NCBI GenBank assembly: GCA_041685625.1
Contig: JAWLFJ010000002.1
Location: forward strand, 14,339-78,338
Reading direction: 5' to 3'
Length of the DNA: 64,000 nt
Origin: Paracoccaceae bacterium
Lineage (GTDB): Bacteria > Pseudomonadota > Alphaproteobacteria > Rhodobacterales > Rhodobacteraceae
In this document: positions 38,564 through 48,940 of the stretch, piece by piece
How the letters are laid out: each line of letters begins with the position of its first letter
Numbering within the stretch: position 1 is the stretch's first letter
Notes under the pieces: model-generated
Told to the model about the DNA's origin: nothing
The model's input: the letters and a program-made list of their open reading frames with translations, nothing else
Database searches by the model: none
Translations under genes and position numbers: made by a program

Positions 38564-39310
38564 ATGAGCGCCGATGATCCCCAGACCGGTACGGACGGCA
38601 AGGCCCCGCGGGGCTTCTTCGACTTTCTGGCGGGGCGCGAGCGGGCGGGCGCGCCCGATGCGGTCAATCGCATGAACCTGCGGCACGAGGCGTTGATCGC
38701 GCCGCATGCGGGCCTGATCCGGGACGCGCGGGTGCTGGATCTCGCATCGCATGACGGCCGCTGGCCCTATGCCTTCGCGGGCGCCGGCGCGCGCGAGGTC
38801 GTCGGCGTCGAGGCGCGGCCGGAGTTGGCGGCGGAGTTCGAGAGCTACCCCGACGCCGACCTCAAGGCCCGCGTGGAGATGCGGGTGAACGACCTCTACG
38901 CCGAGTTGGAGGTGATGGCGGAGGCCGGCGAGCGCTTCGACGTCGTCGGCGTGTTCGGCATCTTCTATCACGTGATGGACCACTACCGGATGCTGCGCCT
39001 GATCCGCAGGCTCGGGCCGAAGCTGGTTGTGGTGGACAGCGAGTTCGTTCTGCGCCCCGGCCCGGTGGTGCTGTTGCTCTACGAGGATCCGGAGAAGCAG
39101 CTCAACACCATCCGCCTCGCGGAGGGGCAGACGCGGACGCCGAAGGGCGTGCCCTCCCTCAAGGCGATGGAGATGATGGCCGAGAGCCTCGCCTGGTCGG
39201 TCGACTGGTTCGACTGGGACGGCGTGCCGGAGGCGCGGCGCAGCGGCGTCGCGGACTATTACCGCGGCGAGCGGATGCGCCGGGCGACCTGCGCGCTGCG
39301 GCCCGCATGA
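38564..39310 (+). CDS. class I SAM-dependent methyltransferase (orphan)
   Basis: 248 aa with VLDLASHDGRW (motif I-like) and FDVVGVFGIFYHV. It sits between the lon terminator and tRNA-Val. Confidence 0.6.
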   Translation: MSADDPQTGTDGKAPRGFFDFLAGRERAGAPDAVNRMNLRHEALIAPHAGLIRDARVLDLASHDGRWPYAFAGAGAREVVGVEARPELAAEFESYPDADLKARVEMRVNDLYAELEVMAEAGERFDVVGVFGIFYHVMDHYRMLRLIRRLGPKLVVVDSEFVLRPGPVVLLLYEDPEKQLNTIRLAEGQTRTPKGVPSLKAMEMMAESLAWSVDWFDWDGVPEARRSGVADYYRGERMRRATCALRPA

Positions 39311-39362
39311 GCCGGGCGCGGCGGATTGACGGCTTGCGCCGCCTCGCCTAAGCGGACGGCGC

Positions 39363-39438
39363 GGGCGGTTAGCTCAGTTGGTAGAGCGCCTCGTTTACAC
39401 CGAGGATGTCGGGAGTTCGAGCCTCTCACCGCCCACCA
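39363..39438 (+). tRNA. tRNA-Val (anticodon TAC), CCA encoded
   Basis: Acceptor GGGCGGT/ACCGCCC, D-arm AGCTCAGTTGGTAGAGC, anticodon stem-loop CCTCG-TTTACAC-CGAGG and T-loop GTTCGAGCC. Confidence 0.92.
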
Positions 39439-39570
39439 CGCCTCCGGCGCGAGGGCGCAGCCCTTGGGGGCCGGCTTGGCGCCCGACACCGGATCGTGTA
39501 TCCGCTGGCTCCCGTGCACGAGCGAGCGAGGCCGGCCGCACGGCCTGCGGAAAACGAGAGGCATGGGGCA

Positions 39571-41226
39571 ATGGCGCGGTTCGTCTTCATCACCGGCGGG
39601 GTCGTATCGAGCCTCGGCAAGGGGCTCGCCTCGGCGGCGCTCGGCGCGTTGCTGCAGGCGCGGGGCTTCTCGGTCCGTCTGCGCAAGCTGGACCCCTATC
39701 TCAACGTCGATCCGGGCACGATGAGCCCGTTCGAGCATGGCGAGGTCTTCGTCACCGACGACGGGGCCGAGACCGATCTGGACCTCGGCCATTACGAGCG
39801 CTTCACGGGCGTCGCGGCACGGCGCACGGATTCGGTGAGCTCCGGGCGGATCTATTCCAACGTGCTCGAGAAGGAGCGGCGGGGCGACTATCTCGGCAAG
39901 ACGATTCAGGTCATTCCGCACGTCACCGACGAGATCAAGGACTTCATCCGCATCGGCGAGGACGAGGTCGACTTCATGCTCTGCGAGATCGGCGGCACCG
40001 TCGGCGACATCGAGGGGCTGCCGTTCTTCGAGGCCATCCGCCAGTTCAGTCAGGAGAAGCCGCAGGGCCAGTGCGCCTTCATACACCTCACCCTGCTGCC
40101 CTGGATCGCCGCCGCCGGAGAACTGAAGACCAAGCCGACGCAGCATTCGGTCAAGGAGCTGCGCTCCATCGGCATCGCGCCGGACGTGCTGGTCTGCCGC
40201 GCCGAGCATCCGATCCCCGAGAAGGAGCGCGCCAAGCTCGCGCTGTTCTGCAACGTGCGGCCGGAACGGGTGATCGCGGCGCTGGATCTCCATTCGATCT
40301 ACGAGGCGCCGCTGGTCTATCACCGCGAGGGGCTGGATCAGGCGGTGCTGGACGCCTTCCGCATCTCGCCGGCGCCGAAGCCCGAGCTCGCGAAATGGCG
40401 CGCCGTGTCGGAGGCGGTGCGCGCGCCCGACGGCGAGGTGCGCATCGCCATCGTCGGCAAGTACACGCAGCTCGAGGACGCCTACAAGAGCCTGAACGAG
40501 GCGCTGGTGCATGGCGGCATCGCCAGTCGCGTGCGCGTCAAGGTCGAATGGCTCGACAGCGAGATCTTCGAGACCTCGGACCCGTCGCCGCATCTGGAGC
40601 GGTTCCACGGCATCGTCGTGCCGGGCGGCTTCGGCGAGCGCGGGACCGAGGGCAAGATCGACGCGGCGCGCTTCGCGCGTGAGCGCAAGGTGCCCTATCT
40701 CGGCATCTGCCTCGGCATGCAGATGGCGGTGATCGAGGCGGCGCGGAACCTCGCGGGGATCGAGAACGCCGGCTCGGAGGAGTTCGACCACGAGGCGCGC
40801 GGCGTCGGCGGAGAACGGCGCTTCGAGCCGGTGATCTTCCACATGAGGGAGTGGGTCGAGGGCGACCGCACGGTGCGACGCTCGACCGGCGACGACAAGG
40901 GCGGCACCATGCGCCTCGGCGCCTACGAGGCGGTGCTGGAGGCCGGGAGCAAGGTTGCGGAGATCTACGGCGACACCCGGATCAGCGAGCGCCACCGTCA
41001 CCGCTACGAGGTCGACATCGAGTATCGCGAGCGGCTCGAGGCGGAGGGGATGCGCTTTTCGGGTCTCTCGCCCGACGGTCGCCTGCCGGAGATCATGGAG
41101 ATCGCCGGGCATCCCTGGTTCTTCGGGGTTCAGTTCCACCCGGAGTTGAAGTCGAAGCCGTTCGACCCGCATCCGCTGTTCCGCAGCTTCATCGAGGCCG
41201 CGGTGCGCCAGTCCCGCCTCGTCTGA
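39571..41226 (+). CDS. pyrG: CTP synthase
   Basis: Starts [18 protein letters not shown] and carries the glutaminase Cys context LGICLGMQ. Confidence 0.95.
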   Translation: MARFVFITGGVVSSLGKGLASAALGALLQARGFSVRLRKLDPYLNVDPGTMSPFEHGEVFVTDDGAETDLDLGHYERFTGVAARRTDSVSSGRIYSNVLEKERRGDYLGKTIQVIPHVTDEIKDFIRIGEDEVDFMLCEIGGTVGDIEGLPFFEAIRQFSQEKPQGQCAFIHLTLLPWIAAAGELKTKPTQHSVKELRSIGIAPDVLVCRAEHPIPEKERAKLALFCNVRPERVIAALDLHSIYEAPLVYHREGLDQAVLDAFRISPAPKPELAKWRAVSEAVRAPDGEVRIAIVGKYTQLEDAYKSLNEALVHGGIASRVRVKVEWLDSEIFETSDPSPHLERFHGIVVPGGFGERGTEGKIDAARFARERKVPYLGICLGMQMAVIEAARNLAGIENAGSEEFDHEARGVGGERRFEPVIFHMREWVEGDRTVRRSTGDDKGGTMRLGAYEAVLEAGSKVAEIYGDTRISERHRHRYEVDIEYRERLEAEGMRFSGLSPDGRLPEIMEIAGHPWFFGVQFHPELKSKPFDPHPLFRSFIEAAVRQSRLV

Positions 41227-41230
41227 GCCT

Positions 41231-41255
41231 CGCCCCCCGGCGGCGCCGGGGGGCG
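41231..41255. terminator. bidirectional hairpin between the convergent pyrG and TPR genes
   Basis: CGCCCCCCGG-CGGCG-CCGGGGGGCG, a perfect 10-bp stem in a 34-bp intergenic gap. No U-tract. Confidence 0.55.
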
Positions 41256-41260
41256 CGCCG

Positions 41261-43051
41261 TCAGATGCTGTCGAGGAGATCCTCGGCCTCGGGCGCGTCC
41301 TCGTGATCGGGGGAGAGACGCAGACCCTCGGTCAGTTCGCGCCGGGCGTCGGACAGCTTGCGGCGGGCATGCAGGATCATGCCGTAGTGCAGCCGCACCT
41401 CGCCGACGCCGGGCAGCGCCTCGGCCGCCTCGGCCATCAGGCGTTCGGCTTCGCTGATGCGGCCGTTGCCGAACAGGATCCAGGCCATGGTGTGCTTCAC
41501 CGCGGGATTCTCGGGCTGCATCTGCAGCGCGCGGCGGGCGTAGATCAGCGCCTCGGAGGCCTTGTCGTTGCGCGCCAGCACCAGCGCGAGGTTGTTCATG
41601 GCCGCCCAGTTGTCGCGCTGGTTCTCGACCACCGAACGATAGAGGGACAGCGCCTGCTGATCCTCCCGCGCCTTGTCGAGCAGCGTGGCGAAGATGAACC
41701 TGTCGCCGACGTCGTCGGGGTTCTGCTCGATGATCTGCCGGCCATAGGCGATGGCGCGGCGCATCTCGTCGACGTCGCGCGCGGCGGTGGCGGCGATGCG
41801 CAGCAGTCTCGGCTCGCCGGGGTGACGGTCCAGACCGCGCTCGGCGACCTCGAGCGCCTCGGCGTCCCGATCCATGCCGCGGAGCAGGGCGCCGAGACGC
41901 GCCCACGCGAGCGGAATTTCCGGGTAGGCCTCGACCGCCTCCCGCGTCCGGGCGATCCCCGTCTCCAGATCGCCGGCCCTTATGGCGACCTGTGGGCGGG
42001 CGAGCAGCAGGCGCGGGCTGGCTCCGTCCCGCTCGAGGATCCCGGCGTAGATAGCCTCCGCCTCTTCGAATTCGCCCTCGTCCATCATCGCCTCGGCGAG
42101 GCGGTGCTCGATCTCCGCCGGCACGTCGGCGAGGGCGATGGCCTCGCGGAAACGTTCGACCGCGGCCGGATAGTCGCCGCGCGCAAGCTGGAGCTCGGCC
42201 AGCTGCACCAAGGGCGCGGGCGAGGTGGGGAAGCGTTCGACGAGGTCGTCGAACACCGCCTGCGCCTCGTCGAAGTCGCCGAGGCGGCGATGCGCCACGC
42301 CGAGGCCGAGCGAGGTGCGGGGGTCGTCGTCGCCGGCGCCTTCGACGGCGAAACGATACTGGCGAAGCGCCGCTTCGCCGCGGCCGGCGCCCAGCATCGC
42401 CTCGGCGAGCACGCGATGCATCGCGGGGCTTACGTCGCGGTCGCGCTGCCAGAGGCTGAGCATCCGGATGGTGTCTTCGAAGCGGCCGCGGGCGTTGTAG
42501 ATCGCGCCGAGATTGACGCGCACGCCGGGGGTCAGCCCGTCCGGGCCCTCGTTCACGCGCTCGAAGTGGTGGACGGCGCCATCCAGGTCGCCGCGCGCCT
42601 CGAGCAGAAGGCCGAGCTTGGCATGCGCTTCGTAGAGGTCCGGCTGAAGCTCCACCGCGCGGCGCAGCGCGGTGACGGCGTCGTCCTCTCGCCCGAGCTC
42701 CATCAGAAGCACGGAGCGGTTGACGTGCGCGGTGGCGAGTTCCGGATCGAGGCGAAGCGCCGTCTCGACCGAGGCGACGGCGCCGTCGAGCTCGCCGGCG
42801 GAGCCGAGGATGGCGGCCAGAACCTCATGCCCCCGCGCCGACGTCGGATGGAAGGAGAGATAGGCGTCGGCGGCGGCCTGCGCCTCCTCCAGACGTCCGG
42901 CGCGGTAGAGTTTGATGGCGCGGTTCAGCGCCTGCTCGGTCTGCAGCTGCTCGGCGAAGGGATCCATCGAGGCCCCCGAGGCGGCGAGCGGCGGAAGGGC
43001 GGCGGTCGCGGCGACGAGGGCCACGGCGAAGCGAAAACCGGTGGGTCGCAT
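41261..43051 (-). CDS. secreted tetratricopeptide-repeat protein
   Basis: 596 aa. Signal peptide MRPTGFRFAVALVAATAALPPLAA, then many 34-aa TPR-like units (A..Y...L...P....A...LG). Confidence 0.75.
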   Translation of the reverse strand: MRPTGFRFAVALVAATAALPPLAASGASMDPFAEQLQTEQALNRAIKLYRAGRLEEAQAAADAYLSFHPTSARGHEVLAAILGSAGELDGAVASVETALRLDPELATAHVNRSVLLMELGREDDAVTALRRAVELQPDLYEAHAKLGLLLEARGDLDGAVHHFERVNEGPDGLTPGVRVNLGAIYNARGRFEDTIRMLSLWQRDRDVSPAMHRVLAEAMLGAGRGEAALRQYRFAVEGAGDDDPRTSLGLGVAHRRLGDFDEAQAVFDDLVERFPTSPAPLVQLAELQLARGDYPAAVERFREAIALADVPAEIEHRLAEAMMDEGEFEEAEAIYAGILERDGASPRLLLARPQVAIRAGDLETGIARTREAVEAYPEIPLAWARLGALLRGMDRDAEALEVAERGLDRHPGEPRLLRIAATAARDVDEMRRAIAYGRQIIEQNPDDVGDRFIFATLLDKAREDQQALSLYRSVVENQRDNWAAMNNLALVLARNDKASEALIYARRALQMQPENPAVKHTMAWILFGNGRISEAERLMAEAAEALPGVGEVRLHYGMILHARRKLSDARRELTEGLRLSPDHEDAPEAEDLLDSI

Positions 43052-43220
43052 GGCGTTGATCCCGTAAGGGGGCGCAGCGTCGGACCGCGGTGCGGCCGGC
43101 GGCCCCGGCGGCGGCTGGGCGAAGTCGTGTCCGCCCTTTCCCCCGGGCGAACCGCGAGACGGTACAACGAGGGGCGCGCGCGCATCAAGCGCGGCGGCCT
43201 CACGCTCCGGCGATGGCCGG

Positions 43221-43293
43221 TGGGCCCGGCAGGATTCGAACCTGCAACCAAACCGTTATGAGCGGTCCGCTCTGACCGTTGAGCTACGGGCCC
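43221..43293 (-). tRNA. tRNA with CAT anticodon (elongator Met, or possibly Ile2/lysidine); CCA not fully encoded
   Basis: The reverse complement reads GGGCCCGTAGCTCAACGGTCAGAGCGGACCGCTCATAACGGTTTGGTTGCAGGTTCGAATCCTGCCGGGCCCA. The G1-C72 pair argues against an initiator tRNA. Confidence 0.8.
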
Positions 43294-43358
43294 GGCCGGG
43301 ACGGTCGATAGCCGGGCGGCCCCGGCCCGTCAACGCGGGCCGGGGCCGAGACGCGCCG

Positions 43359-44156
43359 TCAGGCGGCGGCGACGGCGCGCTTGGTCATCACCTTGACGAG
43401 ATGGGCGCGGTAGGCCGGGTCGCCGTGCAGGTCGCCGATCATGCCGTCGGCCGGGACCGACAGCCCCTCCAGCGCATCCGCGGAGAAGTTCGAGGAGAGC
43501 GCCTCCTCGGCCTCGGTCCAGCGGAACACCCCGGACTCGGAGGCGCCGGTGACCGCGACGCGGACCTTGCCGTCCACCTCGGCCACGAACACGCCCACGA
43601 GGGCGAAGCGCGAGGCCGGCTGCGGGAACTTGGCGTAGGCGCCGCGCGCGGGAACGGGCATCCGCACCTCGACGATCAGCTCGTCTTCGCCGAGGGCGGT
43701 GGCGAACATGCCTTCGAAGAAGTCGTCGGCCGCGATCTCCCGCGTGCCGTTCGGGCCCTGGGCCTTGATCGTGGCCCCGAGCGCGAGCGCGGCGGCCGGC
43801 CAGCAGGCCGAGGGGTCGTTGTTGGCGAGGCTGCCGCCGATGGTGCCGCGGTGGCGCACCGCCGGGTCGCCGATGCGATTGGCGAGCGAGGCCACCGACG
43901 GCGCGGCGTCGGACGTCGCTTCGGCGATGGCGTGGTGCGTCGCGGCGCCGCCGGCCACGATGGACCCGCCCTCCACCTTGACGCCCTTGAGCGCCTCGAT
44001 GTCGGCGAGGGAGACCAGCTGCGAGGGCGCGGCGAGGCGCTGCTTCAGCGCCGGGATCAGCGTCTGGCCGCCGCCGAGCGCCTGGGCGTCCTCGGCCTGG
44101 AGGGCCTTCAGCGCCTCCTCCACGCTGGCGGGCTTCACGAAGTCGAAGGCGTACAT
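43359..44156 (-). CDS. coxM: FAD-binding medium subunit of a CODH/xanthine-dehydrogenase-family molybdoenzyme (CoxM-like)
   Basis: 265 aa with ALGGGQTLIP and RGTIGGSLANNDP. Confidence 0.8.
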   Translation of the reverse strand: MYAFDFVKPASVEEALKALQAEDAQALGGGQTLIPALKQRLAAPSQLVSLADIEALKGVKVEGGSIVAGGAATHHAIAEATSDAAPSVASLANRIGDPAVRHRGTIGGSLANNDPSACWPAAALALGATIKAQGPNGTREIAADDFFEGMFATALGEDELIVEVRMPVPARGAYAKFPQPASRFALVGVFVAEVDGKVRVAVTGASESGVFRWTEAEEALSSNFSADALEGLSVPADGMIGDLHGDPAYRAHLVKVMTKRAVAAA

Positions 44157-44217
44157 GCGGAGAGACCTCCCTTGTCGTTGGCGGGGGCGGCGCGGCGCCG
44201 CCCCCCGGAACTCCGGA

Positions 44218-46590
44218 TCACCCGGCCGCGTTCAGGGCCGACCACACGCGCTGGGGCGTGAGCGGCATGTCGATGTGCGGGACGGCGTGTCCGCCCGCGT
44301 GCAGCGCGTCGATCACCGCGTTGACGAGGGCCGGCGGCGAGCCGATGGCCCCGGCCTCGCCGCAGCCCTTCACGCCGAGCGGATTGTGCGTGCAGGGCGT
44401 CATGCAGGAATGGTCGACGGAGACCATCGGGATGTCGTCGGCCCGCGGCATGGCGTAGTCCATGTAGGAGCCCGAGACGAGCTGTCCCTCGGCGTCGTAG
44501 ACGGCGTGCTCCAGCATCGCCTGGCCGATGCCCTGGGCGACGCCGCCCTGCACCTGCCCCTCGACGATCATCGGGTTGACGACGTTGCCGAAGTCGTCCG
44601 CCGCCCAGAAGCCGAGCACCTGCGTCTTGCCAGTCTCGGGGTCCACCTCGACCTCGCAGGCATAGGCGCCGGCGGGGAAGGTGAAGTTGGACGGGTCGTA
44701 GAAGGCCTGCTCCTCCAGCCCCGGCTCGAGCTCGTCGAAGGGGAAGTTGTGGGGGACGTAGGCGGCGAGGGCGATCTCGCCGAAGGCCATCGACTTGTCG
44801 GTGCCGGCGACGGTGAACCTGCCGTCGGCGAACTCCACGTCCGAGGCCGAGGCCTCCATCATGTGGGCGGCGATCTTGCGGGCCTTCTCGATCACCTTGT
44901 TGGTGGCGTTGACGATGGCCGTGCCGCCGACCGCGAGAGAGCGCGAGCCGTAGGTGCCCATGCCCATCGGCCCCTGCGCGGTGTCGCCGTGGACGATGTC
45001 CACCATCTCGTCGGGCACGCCGAGCATCTCCGCCACGACCTGGGCGAAGGAGGTCTCGTGCCCCTGGCCGTGCGAGTGCGAGCCGGTCCAGACGGTGATG
45101 CCGCCGGCCGCGTTGACGCGGACCGAGGCGCTCTCGAACCCGCCGGCGCGGGCGCCGAGCTGGCCCATCAGCGCCGAGGGGGCGATGCCGCAGGCCTCGA
45201 TGTAGCAGGCGACGCCGAAGCCGCGGAGCCTGCCGTTCGCCGCGCTCTCCTTGCGCCGCGCCTCGAAGCCGGCGTGGTCGGAGATCTCGAGCAGCTTGTC
45301 CATCGTCGCGTCGTAGTCGCCGGTGTCGTATTCGACGGCGACGGGCGTGGCGTAGGGAAACTGATCGGGCTGGACGAAGTTCTTGCGGCGAAGCTCCACC
45401 GGGTCCATCCCGATCTCGCGCGCCGCCTTGTCGATCAGCCGCTCGAGCTGGTAGGTCGCTTCGGGCCGGCCGGCGCCGCGATAGGCGTCGACGGGGACGG
45501 TGTTGGTGAAGACGGCCTTCACGTTCACGGTGATCTTCGGCGTCGTGTAGTTGCCGGCCATCAGCGTGCCGTGCAGATAGGTCGGAACCGCCGTCGCGAA
45601 CACCGAGAGATAGGCGCCCATGTTGGCGAGCGTGTCGGTGCGAAGGGCGAGGAACTTGCCCTGATCGTCGAGCGCGAGCTCGATCTTGGTGACGTGATCG
45701 CGCCCCTGGGCGTCGGAGACGAAGGCCTCCGAACGGTCGGAGCACCACTTCACCGGCCGGCCGAGGCGCTTGGCGGCGAGGGTGACCAGCGCCTCCTCCG
45801 CGTAGTGGTAGATCTTGGTGCCGAAGCCGCCGCCGACGTCGGGGGCCACCACGCGCAGCTTGTGCTCGGGGATGCCGAGCACGAAGGCGCCCATGAGGAG
45901 GCGGATGACGTGCGGGTTCTGGCTCGTGGTATGCAGCGTGTGCATACCGGAATGGGCCTCGTACTCGCCGATGGCGACGCGCGGCTCCATCGGGTTGGCG
46001 ATCAGGCGGTTGTTGACCAGCTCCAGTTCGACGACCTTGGTGGCCTTGTCGAACTCGGCGTCGGTCTCCTCCTGCGGGGTGCCGAAGGTCCAGTCGTAGC
46101 AGAGGTTGCCGGGCGCGTCGTCGTGCACCGTCGGGGCGCCCTCGGCGAGCGCCTTGCGCATGTCGACGGCGGCGGGCAGCGGCTCGAGGTCCAGCTCGAT
46201 CCTCTCGGCGGCGTCGCGGGCGAGCGCGAGGGTCTCGGCGATCACGATGGCGATCGGGTCGCCGACGTGCCGGACCTTGCCGCGCGCGAGGATCGGGTGC
46301 GGGGGTTCGGCCATGGGCGAGCCGTCGCGGCTGTGGATCTGCCAGCCGCAGGGCAGGGTGCCGACCTCGGCGATGTCGTCGCCGGTCATCACGTCGAGCA
46401 CGCCGGGCGCGGCCTTCGCCGCCGAGGCGTCCACCTTGGCGATCTTCGCGTGCGCCATCGTCGAGCGCAGAACGTAGGCGTAGGCCTGACCCGCGACGTT
46501 GATGTCGTCGGTGTAGCGGCCCTTGCCGGTGAGGAAGCGCACGTCCTCGCGCCGCTTGGTGCTGGCGCCGATGCCGAAGTCCTTGGGCAT
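44218..46590 (-). CDS. coxL: molybdopterin-binding large subunit, form-II CoxL-like (AYRGAGR type)
   Basis: 790 aa starting [24 protein letters not shown] behind GGAGAGAG. The active-site loop [12 protein letters not shown] is the form-II signature, not the form-I AYXCSFR. Confidence 0.85.
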   Translation of the reverse strand: MPKDFGIGASTKRREDVRFLTGKGRYTDDINVAGQAYAYVLRSTMAHAKIAKVDASAAKAAPGVLDVMTGDDIAEVGTLPCGWQIHSRDGSPMAEPPHPILARGKVRHVGDPIAIVIAETLALARDAAERIELDLEPLPAAVDMRKALAEGAPTVHDDAPGNLCYDWTFGTPQEETDAEFDKATKVVELELVNNRLIANPMEPRVAIGEYEAHSGMHTLHTTSQNPHVIRLLMGAFVLGIPEHKLRVVAPDVGGGFGTKIYHYAEEALVTLAAKRLGRPVKWCSDRSEAFVSDAQGRDHVTKIELALDDQGKFLALRTDTLANMGAYLSVFATAVPTYLHGTLMAGNYTTPKITVNVKAVFTNTVPVDAYRGAGRPEATYQLERLIDKAAREIGMDPVELRRKNFVQPDQFPYATPVAVEYDTGDYDATMDKLLEISDHAGFEARRKESAANGRLRGFGVACYIEACGIAPSALMGQLGARAGGFESASVRVNAAGGITVWTGSHSHGQGHETSFAQVVAEMLGVPDEMVDIVHGDTAQGPMGMGTYGSRSLAVGGTAIVNATNKVIEKARKIAAHMMEASASDVEFADGRFTVAGTDKSMAFGEIALAAYVPHNFPFDELEPGLEEQAFYDPSNFTFPAGAYACEVEVDPETGKTQVLGFWAADDFGNVVNPMIVEGQVQGGVAQGIGQAMLEHAVYDAEGQLVSGSYMDYAMPRADDIPMVSVDHSCMTPCTHNPLGVKGCGEAGAIGSPPALVNAVIDALHAGGHAVPHIDMPLTPQRVWSALNAAG

Positions 46591-46718
46591 GATCTCTCTC
46601 CCTGGATCGTCCCTTCCCCGCGGGGCGGCGCGCTCCACCATAGGGCGCGCGGGTCCCGCGGGGGGTCGCCGCCGAACGGGCGGCGGGCCGGCGGCGCCCT
46701 CCCACGCGCGCCGTCCTC

Positions 46719-46740
46719 GGCGGGGGCCGCGGCCCCCGCC
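46719..46740. other. perfect 22-bp GC palindrome (GGCGGGGGCCGCGGCCCCCGCC) between coxS and coxL
   Basis: Read directly. It lies 9 bp downstream of the coxS stop, inside a 158-bp intercistronic gap. Confidence 0.6.
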
Positions 46741-46748
46741 GTGGCCGC

Positions 46749-47237
46749 TCACTCGGCCGCGGTGGCCGAGGCGCGCATCTTCTGCGCCGCGTCCTGGATC
46801 GACTTCACGATGTTGTGGTAGCCGGTGCAGCGGCAGAGGTTGCCCTCGAGATACTCGCGGATCTCGTGCTCGGAGGGGTCCGGGTTGCGCTGCAGCAGGT
46901 CGGCCGCGGTCATCACCATGCCCGGCGTGCAGAAGCCGCACTGCAGACCGTGATTGTCCTGGAACGCCTGCTGGATCGGCGAGAGGGAGCCGTCGGCGTC
47001 GGCCATGCCCTCGATCGTCTTCACCTCGGTCCCGGCGGCGTCGGAGGCGAACACCGAGCAGGCCTTGACGCTCTCGCCGTTCATCAGCACGACGCAGGCG
47101 CCGCACTGCGAGGTGTCGCAGCCGACATGGGTTCCGGTGAGGCCCAGGTTCTCCCGCAGGAACTGCACGAGGAGGGTGCGCCCCTCCACTTCGCCGGCCA
47201 CGGCCTTGCCGTTCACCCGCATCGATACGACCGCCAT
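46749..47237 (-). CDS. coxS: [2Fe-2S] small subunit of the CODH/XDH-family enzyme (CoxS-like)
   Basis: 162 aa with the Cys clusters [12 protein letters not shown] and CGFCTPG...CRCTGY. Confidence 0.88.
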   Translation of the reverse strand: MAVVSMRVNGKAVAGEVEGRTLLVQFLRENLGLTGTHVGCDTSQCGACVVLMNGESVKACSVFASDAAGTEVKTIEGMADADGSLSPIQQAFQDNHGLQCGFCTPGMVMTAADLLQRNPDPSEHEIREYLEGNLCRCTGYHNIVKSIQDAAQKMRASATAAE

Positions 47238-47327
47238 TGAGGAGCCTCCCTTGTTCGGAACGCGGCCGCGCCCCGAGGGGTCGGCCGCAGCGCGGTTTTC
47301 GACACCCTACGGTCTTCGCGCGCCGGG

Positions 47328-48794
47328 TCAATCGCGGCGTTGGCTTGCGTCCTCCGCGGCGGGCCGGACCGGGCGGCGCGCCCCGGCGAGCCGGTAGGGC
47401 AGCACGTCGCGCCGGGCGTGGTCGATCTCGAGCGCCGCCTCCAGCGGCGGCACCGAACGCTGGTGGCAGTCGCGCCGGTCGCAGATGCGGCAGGAGACGC
47501 CGATCGGCTCGTAGGAGGCGGCCGAGGCGAGGTCGAGATCGTCGGCGTAGACGAGGCGTCCGGCGTGGCGCACCTCGCAGCCGAGGGCGATGGCGTAGCG
47601 GCGGGTGGGCTTGCGGAAGCCCCCGCCGGGCTTGGCGACGGCGGTGGCGAGGCAGACGTAGCGCGCGCCGTCGGGGGTTTCCGCGAGCTGGCGCAGGATC
47701 CGCCCGGGCGTCTCGAAGGCGCGGTGCACGTTCCAGAGCGGGCAGGCCGAGCCGTAGCGGGCGAACTGGAGCCGCGTCGCGGAGTGGCGCTTGGTGATGG
47801 TCCCGGCCTGGTCGACGCGCACGAAGAAGAACGGCACGCCCTTGGCGCCCGGGCGCTGCAGCGTCGAAAGACGGTGGCCGATCTGCTCGAGGCTGGCGCC
47901 GAAGCGGTCGGCCAGCGCCTCGAGGTCGTGGCGCGTCTCTTCGGCGGCGCTCTGGAAGCGGACGTAGGGCAGGAGGGCGGCGCCGGCGAAATGGTTGGCG
48001 AGGCCGATGCGCGCGATCTCCCGCGCCTCTTCGCCGGCGAAGCCGGCGAGGTCCAGGGTGGCGTCGATCAGGTCGCCATGCGCCGAGAGCGCGACCTGGT
48101 GGGCGAGCTGGAAGGCGCGGGTGGCGGGCGCGGCGCGGGCCGAGAGGGAGAGGACGTCGCCGTCGAGGCGGCGAAGCTCCGGCATGTCCGCGAGCCGCAC
48201 GGCGATGCCGGTGCGCGCCTCGAGCCAGGCGGCGGCGCCGGCGAGGCGGTCCTTCGCGGGGTCGGGATCGGCGAAGCCCGAGTCCTCGGCGAAGCGCTCG
48301 GCGGCGCGGTCGACGGCGTCGACGTAGTTGTCGCAGTAATGGAAGAAGTCCCGCACCGCCTCCCAGGGCTGGGGGGCGAGCGTGTCCTCGCGCCCCAGCG
48401 CGTCGTCGAGCGAGGCGAGGCGCTCGCCGCGCGCGCGGTAGGCGGCGTGGAGCGAGAGGAAGGCCCGGGCGAGGGCGGGAGCGTTGGAGGCGAGGAGATC
48501 GACGTCGGCGGCCGGCGCGCCGGCGCCGTCGAAGACCGGATCGGCGAGGGCTTCGCGGAGGTCGGCCGCGAGGCGGTCGGCCTCGCCCACGGCGAGGGAG
48601 GGCAGCGCGACCTCGAAGCGCTGCGCCAGCGCCAGCAGCACCGTCGCCGAGACGGGGCGGTGGTTGTTCTCCATCTGGTTGAGGTAGGAGAGGGAGACGC
48701 CGAGCGCCTCCGCGAAGGCGGCCTGGGTGAGGCCCTCCCGGCGGCGCACCTCGCGCAGGCGCGCGCCGGCGTAGAGCTTGCGGGCGCGGGTCAT
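47328..48794 (-). CDS. pccR: short-chain fatty acyl-CoA regulator family (XRE HTH + ImmA/IrrE-like domain), PccR-like
   Basis: 488 aa with the N-terminal [35 protein letters not shown] and a long C-terminal domain with [12 protein letters not shown]. It is divergent from pccB. Confidence 0.75.
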   Translation of the reverse strand: MTRARKLYAGARLREVRRREGLTQAAFAEALGVSLSYLNQMENNHRPVSATVLLALAQRFEVALPSLAVGEADRLAADLREALADPVFDGAGAPAADVDLLASNAPALARAFLSLHAAYRARGERLASLDDALGREDTLAPQPWEAVRDFFHYCDNYVDAVDRAAERFAEDSGFADPDPAKDRLAGAAAWLEARTGIAVRLADMPELRRLDGDVLSLSARAAPATRAFQLAHQVALSAHGDLIDATLDLAGFAGEEAREIARIGLANHFAGAALLPYVRFQSAAEETRHDLEALADRFGASLEQIGHRLSTLQRPGAKGVPFFFVRVDQAGTITKRHSATRLQFARYGSACPLWNVHRAFETPGRILRQLAETPDGARYVCLATAVAKPGGGFRKPTRRYAIALGCEVRHAGRLVYADDLDLASAASYEPIGVSCRICDRRDCHQRSVPPLEAALEIDHARRDVLPYRLAGARRPVRPAAEDASQRRD

Positions 48795-48821
48795 GGGCGG
48801 CCTCCGGCCCCGGTCCGGGGG

Positions 48822-48876
48822 CTTTGCGACTTCGCAATTCGCGGTTTCGCGGCTGCATAGTCTTCGCGACTTCGCT
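48822..48876. promoter_or_regulatory. two copies of CTTYGCGACTTCGC (palindromic core GCGA-CT-TCGC) exactly 40 bp apart in the pccR-pccB divergent region; candidate operator
   Basis: GCGACTTCGC occurs at 48826-48835 and 48866-48875. The first copy is embedded in the inverted repeat TTGCGA-CT-TCGCAA. Confidence 0.4.
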
Positions 48877-48940
48877 TATCAATCGTTTCCTTCGCCGCGC
48901 GCCGCCTCTAGGTTGCCCCGCCGAAACGGAGGGACGCCGC

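Noticed and set aside
32108-43293. The three tRNA genes as possible integration sites for genomic islands.
   Set aside because: No integrase, no direct repeat of a tRNA 3' end and no obviously foreign gene block were seen next to any of them. The flanking genes are housekeeping genes (tig, pyrG, cox).
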